Of a stretch of 64,000 nt of DNA, positions 49,601 through 62,986 are shown piece after piece. Under the pieces are notes generated by a model. That model had not been told where the DNA came from, ran no database searches, and saw only the letters and a list, made by a program, of their open reading frames with translations. Each line of letters starts with the position of its first letter. Within the stretch, counting starts at the first letter, position 1. Origin of the DNA: Eledone cirrhosa (taxonomy: Eukaryota); assembly GCA_964016885.1 (NCBI GenBank), contig OZ024742.1:51584001-51648000 (forward strand), in the 5' to 3' direction. The position numbers and the translations under genes are program-made.

Positions 49601-50515
49601 TTGAGAATTATTTTAGTCTTGTGATTTATCCTTTGGTTTTGTTACGAGTTCTGTCAGATTCTATCATTTTCATCCATTCAATCATAATTTCATTCTTCAA
49701 GTTGGCGAGTTCATTCTCATTCATTTCTTTATTATTTACGATCTCATTGTTTTCATTTTGAGTACCGTTTTGAGCATGCACTCCTTCCACTTTTTCGATC
49801 CTTTCTTTAATTTGTTCTGCTGTCAATGATTCCGCCCCAACCATGGGATTCGAAGTGTTACAATTTACCTCGTTTTCACTGACACATGTTTCATTTTCAC
49901 TTCGCTGACTTTGTGCTAATTGCTTGATCTGATCAATTTCTATATCAGTTACTAACTGTTTCTTAACAATATTTCTTTGTATACTGGCTAGTTTATTACT
50001 GTCAATATAGCCTCTCTTTTCGGGATGTTTCTCTCTCCAGTTGATATATGTCTGTTCTGTATTCGATCTATTTGATGGGTAGTACATGGCAGTGTAGAAA
50101 GCCTCAATGACTTCTTTATTGTCTTGACCATTTTTCTCTCTTTTTTTTTTGATTTCTTGGTAGTGAGCATGGAGGGCCAACAGTAGGAATATTACGGATA
50201 TGGGAGGTCTCTAGCTCCGAATTGATGGGAAGGTTTGAACCATTAGCTGAATTTTCGACCCCAGTCTGGTACCTCTCTGAGGGACGCGGTCCTTTTTGAC
50301 CCTTTTTGACGGCCGATCCGGAATGAGATTTTATTATTTGACATTGGCTTTATTTTGTTGTGTTTTATCCTTAACCGCCAAGGAGTAATCATTTCGTGTT
50401 ACCGCTCCTAGGACGGTGTCAACCAAGTCTAGACGGGACGTCCTCCTCTAGAGACGGCTATTTCCCGCCGGCCGCCATCCCGCTATTTCGTGGTCACAGT
50501 GCTTTTTCTTTGGTT
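46626..50515 (-). mobile_element. Near full-length decayed R4/Dong-like non-LTR retrotransposon (RT plus restriction-like endonuclease)
   Basis: Broken ORF pieces 46772-50345: PGKDKLPNFW, NYRTIP, DSLSPLLF, FYMYD (YMDD site), CRVC..ETI, RHN, RSDI, IDMSV, KLSKYKDL; 3' end in (TAA)n. Confidence 0.9.
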
Positions 50516-51134
50516 TTTTAAATTGTTATTATCATGAGTGGTTCCTTAATGTAAGCACTGCGTCGCTTAAGAATGAAATTATTATTAATAATATAATATA
50601 CTTTTTGTTGAAGTTGCCTGTTGTTGTTGTTGGCTATGTCGGGGGTGCTGCTGGGGTGTTTCAATTGTTGGTGGGGAAGGGGGGAGCCAGTAGTGCCATA
50701 GTCGTTGATGTTTGACCGGGTCACTAAGTCAGTCTATTTATATATTTTGCTAGCCTCCCCCTTGTATAGTGTTACCGCCACCTTCCCCTTTCTTAAGTTA
50801 ACAGAAGGTAGTGGGGGATTTGTGGTTGTAGCAATGATGGAGTGGTGGCGGCGGTGACTATAGTGATGGCGTTGTCGCTACTGAGTTCTGTTGAATAGAC
50901 TGTAGCTAGAATGCGTTTGTTTGATCTGTATATCTATGCGGTTTGTCGCCTATGTTTAATATATGTATTGACATATTTACTATTTGTATTAAACATTTTG
51001 AGAAAACTTGAGATACAATAAAAATAATAATTATGATTATGCTGGGAATGGGGTGGTGGTGGGGGTGAAATTGCCGTAATCTGGCTGTTGTATTTAGTGT
51101 ACACAGAGCGGTGGTGGTATAGGTGTTATTATTA

Positions 51135-54100
51135 TCAACGAAAACAACAACACCAAAATCTGTACCAACGAAAACAACAACAATGACACCGATACCTGTA
51201 ATAGCGATCTCAGCACCACCAGTAAGACCAGTAGCGGCAGCAATAGTGGTGCTGCTGAACAAGCGACCACTTCTTTTGCAGGTGTCGCCCGAAATATCGA
51301 GACAGTGTTAGTCACAGAGGAGGAGATGACAGTCGCAAGGGACATGGTGACAAGAAGCGCCAATAGAGTCTCCCTGAAACATCCACCCGATTTTTTCCAG
51401 GACCTGCAGCTACGGACGGTGACTTACCGCACCGTAAGCATAATCTCACATCGGGTGGAGAGAGCCACGGAGGCTCAAATCCAAAAGGCCTTGGGGTGCG
51501 TCTGGGCACGCAAAATCCACATCACCCGAGGCAGAAAGTACGCCACAGTAGACGTACTTTTCCCCACCCCCCAGGAAGCAAAGTCTCACTCTTTGGAAAC
51601 CCTAAAGAGTGAGGAGATAGTCTTGGTGCCCCCCTACTGCGGGCAGAAAATTGTGAGGGTCAAAGTGACACAGGTCCCACCCGACGTGCCCATACGTTGG
51701 CTGGTGGCGTCTGTCCTTGCTAGAATCGAGAATAGGACGACCATGCTGCAAGTAGAAACAATAGGGAGAGAGAAGTGGTCAGGTATAGGCATGCAAATGC
51801 TTATACAAACTGACCAGGAATGTATCGACGCTCTCCCCGATTTCATAGACATCGAGGAAGGACTCCAACTCCTTATAAGTGTAGAAGGAAGACGGCGAAA
51901 ATGTTATCTCTGAGGGTCGAAGGGTCACCTCAGGGCCTTTTGTCTGCAGAAGACAGCGAAGAAGGCCCCTCTCCTTCCAATACCTCGTCCGCTGCTACCA
52001 AGAGCAGGGCAGGCAACAAACGAAGAAGCCCCTTTCACGGTGAGTAGGAGGGCAAGGTCTGTAGCCCCAGTACCAAGGCCACGGACAACTAAAGCAGCAT
52101 CATCAGTAGCGGCAACACCAATAGCTACATTTGAAGTAGCTAGACCAGCAACAAAATTACCGAAGAGGGCTCCACTACCACCACCAACAGCCGTGGAGCA
52201 CATACCCCTCCCAGACGCCACAGAATCCGACATGGAGTTTGAGGCGGGAGTAAAGTAGCAAACGGTGTGTCACAAAAAAACAAAAAGAAAACCTTAGATT
52301 CACCCTCCAAAAGCGAAGGCATACAAAGAGGCGTAAAGGCAGCAAGAAAACTTGCAGCATCACCACCAACATCACCACCACAAGCACCACTGACAACAAC
52401 AACCACACCACCACCAGCATCACCAAAAACACCAACAACGCAAACACAGCAAGACACACACATCAAACAGCAACAAGAAGAAAACAGCAACAAAATCAGC
52501 GCTCCCCCAAAAAAGTACACAGCCATAAACATGGCAAAAAAAGAACTCGTATATTATATGAAGCAGCACACAGACATCACAGAAAAAAACTACTACACCT
52601 CACCAACACCAAGAACTCTCCCGACAAACATAAGCATCATCGAAATCTCAATAGAACAGTACAAACCTTTAAAACAAAAATTCCCCAAAGCAGTTGGAGA
52701 CTTCAGAGGATCAGTTACCAAGAGTATATACACTGACATGCTCTTGGAAACACCAATGACCAGAGAAAGGGACGGTTCTACTGTCCCATCACCACACGAT
52801 CAAGGTAAATGACCCTTTCTCACTTGCCCCGTTTCTCATCCAACATGGCCGTACTATGAATAGGCAGTATAAATGCCCGTGGCCTAGGGTCATCTTGGAA
52901 CGTCCGGCTCTTTAGTGTTAGTGGGCAACTGGAACGGTATCTTGGATGCACGCTGGGATTGTGTGGGGCTAGTGGATAGGGGAGGAGGGTGCAAGAGCCT
53001 CACCAATCAGACGTTTTGAACTGTCTGACAGGTATCGACTGGATCACCCGAATGTGCCAATGTGGACATGGACAAACCGTATCGGGTCATCCAGATCGTA
53101 TCTCGATAGGGTATTCTGCAGAGAACTAGATAAAGCTGGTATAAGTTGTCAACAATTTAAAATAGTCGACTACACAGACCACACATTTGTGATCTGTGAG
53201 ATCGTCATAGTCAAACTTCATAGATAAGGGCCTGGTTGCTGGAAGCTGAACGCGTATTTCCCGGCGCGCAAACCCTACAGAGACCGGATTAGCGTATTAG
53301 TTAAGCGGGCGTTGACGGGAGCCGTCGTCAACAACAGGTGGTGGTTCGCCCTGAAAAGGGCAATTAAAGTGGAGTCGATTAGGTTTAGCAAAGGAGTAGT
53401 GATAGAGGAAAATAGAGTAGAGGGAGAGCTAGTCATAAAGCTAGAAGAGGCGTTTAGGACAAGCATCACAACCGACGTGCTTGCGGCGAGATTGGCACTC
53501 GACCAATTCTTCAAGGCAAGACACGAAGGCTGCGTTGTCGGAGCAAGAGCGCGTGCTCTGAAACACGAGGGGACAAAATCCGTCTAATGGGCCCGAGTGG
53601 CAGAGGCACGACGTGGCAACAAAGCCACAATTCGGTCTTTGTCTGACCAAAACGGGTGCGTGATGCTCGAAACCGAGCGGATGTGTGAACCTTTTCAGCA
53701 GCACTTTGCTGAACTGTTCGGGAGCGGCGGCAGCCCGGATCGGGGCATGGACTTCAGTGCATACCTCGACGGACTGCCTCGGCTCTCGACGACGGCAGCA
53801 CAGTGTTGCGAAAAGCAAATAACAGCCGGTGAAATACGGGAAGCGAGGCCTAACTGCACAAGAGGTAGATCGCCAGGTTTGGATGATCTGCCCTACGAGC
53901 TTTATGCATTTATACCAGACTTGTTCGGTGACCTTTTGGCAGACGTCTACTGAAACAGGCAGCAGAACGGGAGCATTCCCAGTTTTGTGAGCAGTGGCGC
54001 TGCTGAGAAAAGACCCGAACAATGGGGATGTTATCGATAATTTCAGGCCCATAACCCTGCTAAACGCAGAGTTCAAGATTTTGGCAACGAGGTTGGCGCT

Positions 54101-56207
54101 TGTCGTCAAGGGTCAAGTGGGAGAGGCGTAGACATGCTCCATTCCGGACAGATCCATACACGATAACCTCCACCTCATTCGATACATCATAGAGAGGGTG
54201 GTTAAGGAACCTGGCACGGGTGGGGCCCTGATCAACTTGGATCAATCCAAAGCATTCGATAGGGTCGACCATCGGTACCTGGCGGCGGTCCTCGAGGCAG
54301 CCGGTTTCGGGCCCGTTTTCAGGGCTTGGATTTCAGCAATGTACAGCGACATCTGCTCAGTTGTGAGGGTGAACGGTCACCTGTCGCAGCCGTTCAGAAT
54401 CATGCGCTCAGTCCGCCAGGGTTGTCCCCTCTCGTCCCTCTTGTACGTATTTGCTCTCGAGCCGTTACTGCACAAACTGGGGCGATGAGGGGCGTCCCAC
54501 GCAGAACTAGGATGCGAGAAATCCGAGTCGGTTTACGCTGACGACGTCACCGTGATGGTGTCGAGCACCAGACACGTCCAGATGCTCGGCACCGCTCTCA
54601 ACGAATACGAAGCGGTGACAGGACCAAAGATAAACCAGGAAAAGTCGGTGGGCTTGCAGCTCGGCACCTGGAGAGGCAAGTCCATGCAGTCCTACAGCGC
54701 CGTGGGGCGTTGGACGGACGGACCGTTTAAATTGCTCGGGGTCTGGTTCGGACCCTATCCTCCAGATGGTGAAAAACTGGAACGAGGTGACGAGCAGGAT
54801 GGCCTCCCTCACCAAGAAATGGGCCGGGAGGAAGCTGTCCCTGAAAGGCCGGGCGGAGGTGGCGAAAGCGTACAACGCATCCGTTATCTGCTACCGCCTC
54901 ACCGTCGTGCCTTGCTCCAGACCAACTCTCACCAAAATGGAGCGCCTCCTCTTCCGCTTTTTGTGGAAGGGACGCGCTCCCATGGTTAGACGATCCATCT
55001 GCTGTCAACAGCCATTGCGTGGAGAACTGGGCATGCCATGGCTGATGATGCGCAAACATGCGCTGAGGCTGCGACATCTCTGGGGCTTCCTTGATGGTGA
55101 ACAGGAGTGGTCACCGTTCACCAGGCACGTTTTCCCAGAGCACGTCTCCTTGACGGAACTGCAGTTATGGTTCCGAAAAAGACCGAGGGATAGCGCTTGG
55201 AAACTGGAATGTCTCCAGGCGCTCACTGCCCTCTGCCAGCTGGGCACCAGTATCGGTGGAACATCCACCTCGTCGTTCTATAGAGGACTAGTGGAGGGGA
55301 AGAGCGACGACATTCTCGGAGAAACCTGGGCGTCGAAGAAGATCAGCTGTTTGCTCTCTTCCAGAGAACTTTCAGCCTATGGATAACTTCCAAAAATCCC
55401 TGGCCTGGCTGTGCTACCGGGGAGCGCTGCCGGTTCGAGATAAGCTCTACAGGCACGGAAGTGCCGTCAGCCGTGCCTCTCCGCGATGCGCGCAGAGCGA
55501 CGAAACCGTCGTGCACGCACTCATTCAGTGCCCGAGCATTGCTGACTTGTGGAGTTATGTCGAACAGTTGCTGTCGCGTGTAGGACTGATCCGGTTGTCG
55601 ACTGAGTCCATTGTGCAGATGGTCTCGCCGTCTTCCTTCGAGGAGGAAGGGCAGGCGGTTTCCATCTACCTGGTGGCCATGGCGAAAGAGATTTTGTAGT
55701 GGACAAGGTTAAAAGGGTTAAAGACAGACACTTTCCTCTTCGGCGAATCCCTAACTAACTTTTTCAAGTTTCACTTGAAGAGGAAAATCAGGGTGGAGAG
55801 GCAAGTGCTGTCTTCTAGCACGTTTGTTGAAAGGTGGGTGAATGTAGCGAGAATGGTCCGAGTGAACGGGACCACTCTGAATATACGTCTATAGTTTGAG
55901 AAATGGAAAAATTGAGAGAGGGCGCTTGCACTGGTGGTCAGGGTGGCCGTGGTCTTTTGTGTGGTTTTAGCCACGAGTAACCCTCGGAGGTTTCCCCCCT
56001 ATTGGGGAATTTTTCATTGTTTCAATTTTCATTTTATTGTTTATATATATATATGTTTCTCTGTCCTTTCTTTTCTTTTCTTATATAAATAATAAAGATA
56101 TTTACACGCAGAAAACCCACATCGTACCGTCCTGTGCCGTATGTAATGTTTTTCTTGATGTCAGCCCTTGTGGCCAATAAAGAAATCATTATTATTATTA
56201 TTATTAT
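51135..56207 (+). mobile_element. Decayed Tx1/L1-clade LINE (ORF1 zinc knuckle; ORF2 APE, RT, C-terminal zinc finger)
   Basis: CYL*GSKGHLRAFC; GSINARGL, YLDR, TDH; SPGLDDLPYE, LDQSKAFDRV, RQGCPLS, YADD; CAQSDETVVHALIQC; AATAAA and (ATT)n tail. Confidence 0.9.
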
Positions 56208-56712
56208 CATTGTTCTTTGAGTCTCAGTCATTGATGTTAGTTAACTGGAAAGTTTGTTGAAATGAATATCAAGCCACTACCTGCAGCCTCAGATATTCAG
56301 GACGTATCGGAGGGTTCTTGCTGTTCCCAGCAAGCATGCCTTTTGAAGCGTTCTAAAAAGCGTGGCGGGGCCAATTTTCTTTAACCATCCCTGGAAACTT
56401 TTTGAGATAGTACCTAGTGCGCCTATGACAATCGGGACCACTATGACTTCATGGGAGTGCCAAATCCTTTTTACCTCCCACTTTAAATCCTGGTAACGGT
56501 TAATTTTCTCCCTCTCCTTCTCTTGCACTCTCGTGTCGAATGTGCAGGCCACAACCACAATCAGGCACGATCTTTTTTCCTTGTCCAAAACCACCAGGTC
56601 AGGTCTACTGTGTTCCAGTCTCTTGTCCGTCTGTATCCTAAAATCCCACAGCACCTTTACCTGATCGTTTTCTATCACCGACTCTGGCTTATGCTCATAC
56701 CACTTTCCAGCA
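56208..56712 (-). mobile_element. 3' fragment of a second R4/Dong-like element (RLE domain)
   Basis: WYEHKP...LWDFRIQTD..RPDLV...EKINRYQDL...PIVIGALG; tail in (TAA)n at 56187-56207. Confidence 0.88.
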
Positions 56713-59700
56713 GTTTGTTGAAAGGTGAGTGAGACAGTGAAGGGGCCTTCTGTGAGTATGCGCCTGTAGATTGGAAGTGCAAAACTGGGAGAGGGCACTT
56801 GTCCTGGTGGTCAGGGTCACTGTGTCTTGTTGAGGGCTTTCTCCACAAGTGACCATCGGAAGTCTCCCTTTTGTTCAAAACTTTTCTTTAGTTTCGATTT
56901 TTGTGACATTCTTTGTTTTTGTTTTATTTTTGCTTTTATAAAACGCAGGAAGGAACTCATATGTATACCACACTGTACCATCCTGAGCTCTCCTTCTATT
57001 TTGAAATAAAATTTGAAAAAGTTAATCAAGGATTCCATTTACCGAAGAGGTAAGTGCTCGTCTTCAGTTCTTTTAATCATGTCTACCACATACGACCCCT
57101 TTCCCCATGGCAAACGGGAAAATAAAAACTGCGTGCTCTTCTCGGCTAACGAAAGGGGGCGAGAAAATATTCATGATAGGCTTAGCTGACAGCCGGATCC
57201 GTTGTACACGTGACAGCAGGTTTTTTAAATGAACCAACATGTCACCATTACTCTGACATTCGTCGAGTGTGTGCAGGGCGGTTTCGTTGCCTTGCGCATA
57301 TCTCGGACAGATCCAGCTGACGGCACTTCCATACCTGTTGAGTTTATCGTAAACTGGGAAAGCTCCTTTGTAGCACTAGCAGGCCAAGGATTTCTGGAAA
57401 TGTCAATCGGACCCGGCCCGGGTGTTTTCCGTAAGATATTGGCTAGTTGATTTTGATCGACGCCCACATGCTCTCCAAGGAAGTCGTCGCTATTACCCTC
57501 CACTTATCATCTATAGAACGCCAACGTGGAGTTTCGCCCGAGTGTAGTGCCCAATTAGCTGAGGTCTGGAACGCCTGAAGTCATTCTAGTCTCCATGCGC
57601 TACATTTCGGTCTTCACTTGACCCAGGACTGAAACTCTTTCAAGGAGACGGGCTGTAGAAAAACGCGTCTAGCAAATGGCGATCAGACCAATTTACCGTT
57701 CAATGAACGGCGGGAGATATCATAGCCTCAGTGTCTGTTTACCCATCATTAAGCACGTCATGCCCAACTCTCCACGTAGTGGGTGTTGACACCAAATGGA
57801 CCGACTGACCATCGGATTACTTTGCTTTGATTTCACAAAAACACGAAAGTGCAAACGTTCCTGTGCAATCTCGCGAGGCATAGAACATGGCACGACAGTC
57901 AGGTGGCAATAGTTGACGGTCTTGATGTATGCATTTTCCACCTCCGACTTTTCGGATATAGCTACCTCTAGGCCTGGTTGTGGGTGAGAGAGGTCACCAG
58001 ATGTTCGGAATAAACCATGCCCCTAGCAATTTAACCTGTCCATCCCTCCAGCGCCCAAAGACGCTGTTGGATGTCATGGACCTGCTTCTCCAGGAGCCGA
58101 GCTGCAGGCCCACTGAGTTTTCCTGGTTAATCATTGCTCCCGTCATCACCTCGTTTTCCTTATGAGCCGGTTCCGATTATCTCAATGGTGATCGGCACCT
58201 CTACGGTGACATAGTCCTCGTAAACTTATACGGTTCGCGCGAGACGCCTCTCAAAGACACCAGCTTGTGTTATAAGGGCTTTAGAATGAATAAACACAAC
58301 AGGAACGAGAGGGGGGATTCTTGCTGGACCGAACACATAAGGTTGAACGGTTACGGAAGTTGACCGTTCACTCGCCCCACAAAGCAGATATCCCTGTGCA
58401 TGGCAGCGATCCAGCCACTGAAGATGGGCCCATGCCGGCCGCCCTCAGGCCCGTCGCCAGATACTGATCGTCGACTCTATCGAAAGCCGACGACTCATCC
58501 AAATTGATCATGGCACCACCTGTGATAGGTTCCTTAGTTACCCATTCCATGATGCATTGCATGAGGTTGAGATTTTCGTCGATAGATCTGTCTGGAATGG
58601 CGCATGTTTGCACCTCTCCAACCTGACCCTCAACGACAAGTGCCAACCTCATCACTAACACCTTAGTCAATATCTTGAACTCTGCGTGCAGCAGATTTAT
58701 GGGTCTAAAATTAGCTATGCTGTCCCACTAGCTCACGTCCTTTCTCAGCAGGGCCAAGGATCCTAGTCAAACAGAGCTGGGAATTTTACCACTGTGCTGC
58801 CAGTTGCCGTACACGTCCGCCAAGAAGTCACCGCATATGTCTAGACAGATTCACCAAACCAGGTAATATTCCCATCGTAAAGTTAGTTATTGCCCTCCGT
58901 ACTTCAGTTGTTGGTATCGGCTTTTCGCAACAGTCCACCTCAGTGGTCGAGAGCCGTGGCCGACCGTCGAGGTAGGCACTAAAGTCCATCAGGTGATCCA
59001 ATCTACAGCTGCCTCCGAACAATTGAGTGAAGTGCTGCTGATACGCTGCAAACATTTGCTCGGGATCTTGCAACATGTGCCCATCATGGTCCTCCAAAGA
59101 TCAGATCCTGCTTCAGTTTCCCCGACGGGACTCCGCCACTCGGGCCCATCGAAGAACTTTCATCGCCTCGTATCTGAGAGCACGTGCCCTAGCCATGACA
59201 AACTAGCCTTCGTGCGTTGGGGTGAAGGGTTAGACAAGAGCCCATCTCGCTGCACGCATGTCGGACGCGATGCCTTCATTAAGCGCCTTGTCTAATTTTC
59301 GAACAAGTTCTCCCTCTACTCTATTTTTCTCTATTGCTAAAGCTTACTGATCCGAATGGACTATTTTCTATTCGCCCTCTTTAGAACGAATCACCATTTG
59401 TTGTTGACGACTGCCTCCTTCAACGCCTCCTTCAACGCCCGCTTAACATATTTATTAATCCTGTCTATGTGGACCTTGCACCATGAACGACGCGTTCAAC
59501 TTCCAGCAGCCGGGTTCCTTTCTATGAAGCCTATCTAAGTCGTCCACACAGATCCCAAATGTTTGGTCTCTGTAGTCGACTAACTTGAATCGTGAAAAAC
59601 CTATGCTAGAAATATCTATTACACATTCTAGATACGATGTGGATGAGCCGATGTGGTTTGTCCATGTCCAGATTGGCACATTCGAGAAATCCAGTCGGTA

Positions 59701-60745
59701 ACTCTCAGACAGTTGGAAACGTCTGAGTAGGGTTGCGAAGCTTTTACAGCCTCTCTTTCTTATCGGCTAGTCCCACATAGTTCTAGTAGGCATCCAAGTT
59801 CCTATTCCAAGCGCCGACTAACATTAAAAAGTGGGATGTTCCTACGATGGCCTGTAGTCGCCTGAAGAAATCAGGCTATCCTGCGCCTTTCGGGGCATAA
59901 ACATCTACAAGCCTTCGCTTCAGGTCACGTCCAGTACCATCGACTTACCTTCTGGGTCCAGGAAGATTGTTCGTATAATGAGATCTAGGCCTTTCCAAAC
60001 AAAACAGAGATTACGCCTCCCAGCCGTGGACGCTTTGGTGATATGTACACAACGTATCCAGCGAAAAATGGTGCGAAGGCTTGTGTCTCGGAAATGTTGG
60101 TTTCGTTGAAAGCCTACCACATCTATGTACATTGACCTGGGGACATTGGACAGGCGACTCTGCTCCCATGAAGACTCCGTCACGTGCATTTATGCTTCCT
60201 CTTCCAAGTAAGGCCATGTTGAAAGAATATTAGAAAAAGGTCGAAAATCCTATGGAGGAAGGACGCTACATCCGCCCTTCTTGATTGTTGTGTCTCTCTC
60301 CGCAAGGATATCTTTGTTTATCCTTCCGGAGTGGGTTTCACGGAAATCGCTACGGAATATTAGAAAACTATTCATAATGCCAGACACGAAATACATACAA
60401 AAATCACCTCGCGCTGTCCGAGACAAGGTCCAGAACTACTACAAACCCACCGTGACACAAGATTTCCACCTAACCTGTATAGAACGGAAAAGTTTGTTTC
60501 TAGTTCTCATCGCATTTTCCAGCTGGTAAAGTCATGTGAGCCCTAGGCCAACCTCCAAAAGGCTGCTTGCAACCTTGGTCTATGTTGGCTTCAGGGTTAT
60601 AAGTCGGTCCAGAAGACGAATAGCAAAAAGACATTTCGCACGAAAGGTATCCACGCTTGTTGCACTTCGCTTTCTCTGAGGTAATTTCTCTGCAGTCATG
60701 CGTGTAAATATTTAGTGATGACGATTCCGAGGCCACCGAATATCG
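56713..60745 (-). mobile_element. Older decayed Tx1/L1-like LINE; body on minus with last ~270 bp flipped
   Basis: GSINAR start near 60217, WTWTN, WKLNAS, LDESSAFDRV, all homologous to 52845-55800; 56713-56984 matches 55822-56130 in plus orientation. Confidence 0.85.
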
Positions 60746-61836
60746 ACATATAAGTATATTTCGATTTCTAGATTAAAAAAGAGGGAGAAAAATTTAGAGA
60801 TAAATTATCTTAGCACCATAATGGAAATGTGATCTGAAGTTTGTCTTGTAATATATGAAACAGAAAATAATAAATGTGAATAATAACAGTCAAATTTATG
60901 AGACAAATTTGACTTTTAATACTGACATGGGACTCAACATAAAAAGCAGATATCTTTGTTTCAGATATAATTGAGTAAATATCAATATTTGAGAAAAGTA
61001 CATCTTATTATTGATTCCCGAAAGTTTCCTATATCAGTTGATTATGGTTCTTGTCAGAGCAATTTGTGAAAAGTTCTGAAATTATTTCAAATAATTTTTC
61101 TTAATTTTCATAATATAAAAGCTATTTGACAGATATTTGTTAATGCCATTGTTCTTTACTATTCAAATTAAGTGCATTTTATCAGTTTTGTTTTTTGGAA
61201 AAAATATTTTTTGTTACTGGAAGAGTAAAAGAGCTATAAAATTAAATAAACGTTCATAAAAGTCCAAGAAGATGGCTTACGAACCGAGATAATACAATTA
61301 CGACTGATATCTCAATAAATACAAAACTGATCATTTTCATGTGCAGAATGAAACTAAATAGATAGGATGTCTTCCAACCATAAGACAATAAATAGTAGAA
61401 GAAATGGAAAAAAATTAATAAATGAATAAACTTGAAGCAAGTATGGTACAATCATGCATTGCTTTAATATCACATTCCCAACCGGTGGGTTCGAATCCGG
61501 TCAATGATTTTAATGATTCATTGTTTTATTGTTGAGATTGTTTGTGCACAGAGACCGCCAGGGTAAAGAAGATATTGACTAAAATAGTATGGTTCACAGA
61601 ATCCAATGAACAGGATAAATTGAGAAAAACGAACCTACCATGATAACTATCATCATGTGCCCGGACAGTTCATGGGTAGAACTATTTCGCAAAATTCAGA
61701 GAGGAGAATTATTGGAGTGGTGCTTCTCAATAGGCACCCACGGCAATATTCCCTTCACTACTATGTTTGGTATATTAGCGTCCGTCCCTCCTTACAAATT
61801 TATTATTATTACTATATATATATATATACATATACT

Positions 61837-61882
61837 GTTAAAGGTGAAATCAGCGATTATTTGCTTAAACTTTAATCTGTTA

Positions 61883-61921
<39 letters not shown>

Positions 61922-62114
61922 ATAATAATAAATTTGAAGACTAAAATCCAAAGAGGGCTCGATAAGGATAAATATATATCAAATATTTATTAAAATAACA
62001 GATTAAATTTTAAGCAAAGAATCGCTGCTTTCACCCTTAACGGGATCTTCTGAACATCCCGTTAAGGGTGAAAGCAGCGATTCTTTGCTTAAACTTTTAT
62101 ATGTTATTTTAATA
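61837..62114 (-). mobile_element. 3'-terminal stub(s) of the PLE family at 261, with inverted duplications
   Basis: 61919-62054 matches 261-424; inverted copies at 62056-62114 and 61837-61890; (TA)n flanks. Confidence 0.85.
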
Positions 62115-62127
62115 TTTTAATAAGTAA

Positions 62128-62200
<73 letters not shown>

Positions 62201-62602
62201 AAAATGAGGTTTGTATTAAATGAAAAAAAAATAAGATGTCCTACACGAGTGAAAGTATAAAGAAAATAGATGAAATCGAAAATGCAACTGGAGTCTTTTT
62301 AAGATCACTTATTTGTTTCCCTTACCTTACCGGTTTCACAGTTCTTATGCTTTTCAAATGTAGAATGGAGATGGAGGGTTTTGTAGTTTATAGATATATA
62401 TAAGTTTTATTTATATAAACGAATGTATCGGAAGAGGAGTCCGAATAGCTTCGGCCAGTCCATTACTAAACCAATGAGATACAAGATTTAAACGTGTGGA
62501 TGTACAAATCTATATCTCAGAAGGCACATTATATACGTTAATCGTATGGAGACGGCAACTCGTTGGTAATGATAATTGCATATAATAATGTTCTGGACTA
62601 TT

Positions 62603-62986
62603 AATAATTTTCTATTTTTGGCACAACGCAAGCAATTATCACAGTGCATTACTGATACATTATTTTATCCACCCCATAAGGATGAATGGCAACAATAACC
62701 TCGGCCTGATTTGAACTCAGACCGTAAGGGGGCGTAACCATATACTGCAAAACATGGTGTCTGACCCTCTATCCATTCTGCCAATTCACTATTAATAATT
62801 GTTTCTACTTTTGGCACAAGGCCAGCAATTATCCCAGTGCATTACTAGTACCTTATTTTATCGACCCTGTAAGGGTGAATGGCAAAATTAACCTCGACGC
62901 GATTTGACCTCAGCCTATAAAGGGACGTAACTCTATGCTACCAAGCATGGTGTCCGACACTCTACTGATACTGCCAATCCACTGCC
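62603..62986 (-). mobile_element. Two head-to-tail SINE copies
   Basis: 62603-62789 and 62793-62986 both match the SINE family; ACTATTAA at the junction and both flanks. Confidence 0.88.

Noticed and set aside
61482-61502. GGTTCGAATCC as a tRNA T-arm
   Set aside because: No cloverleaf or A-box around it
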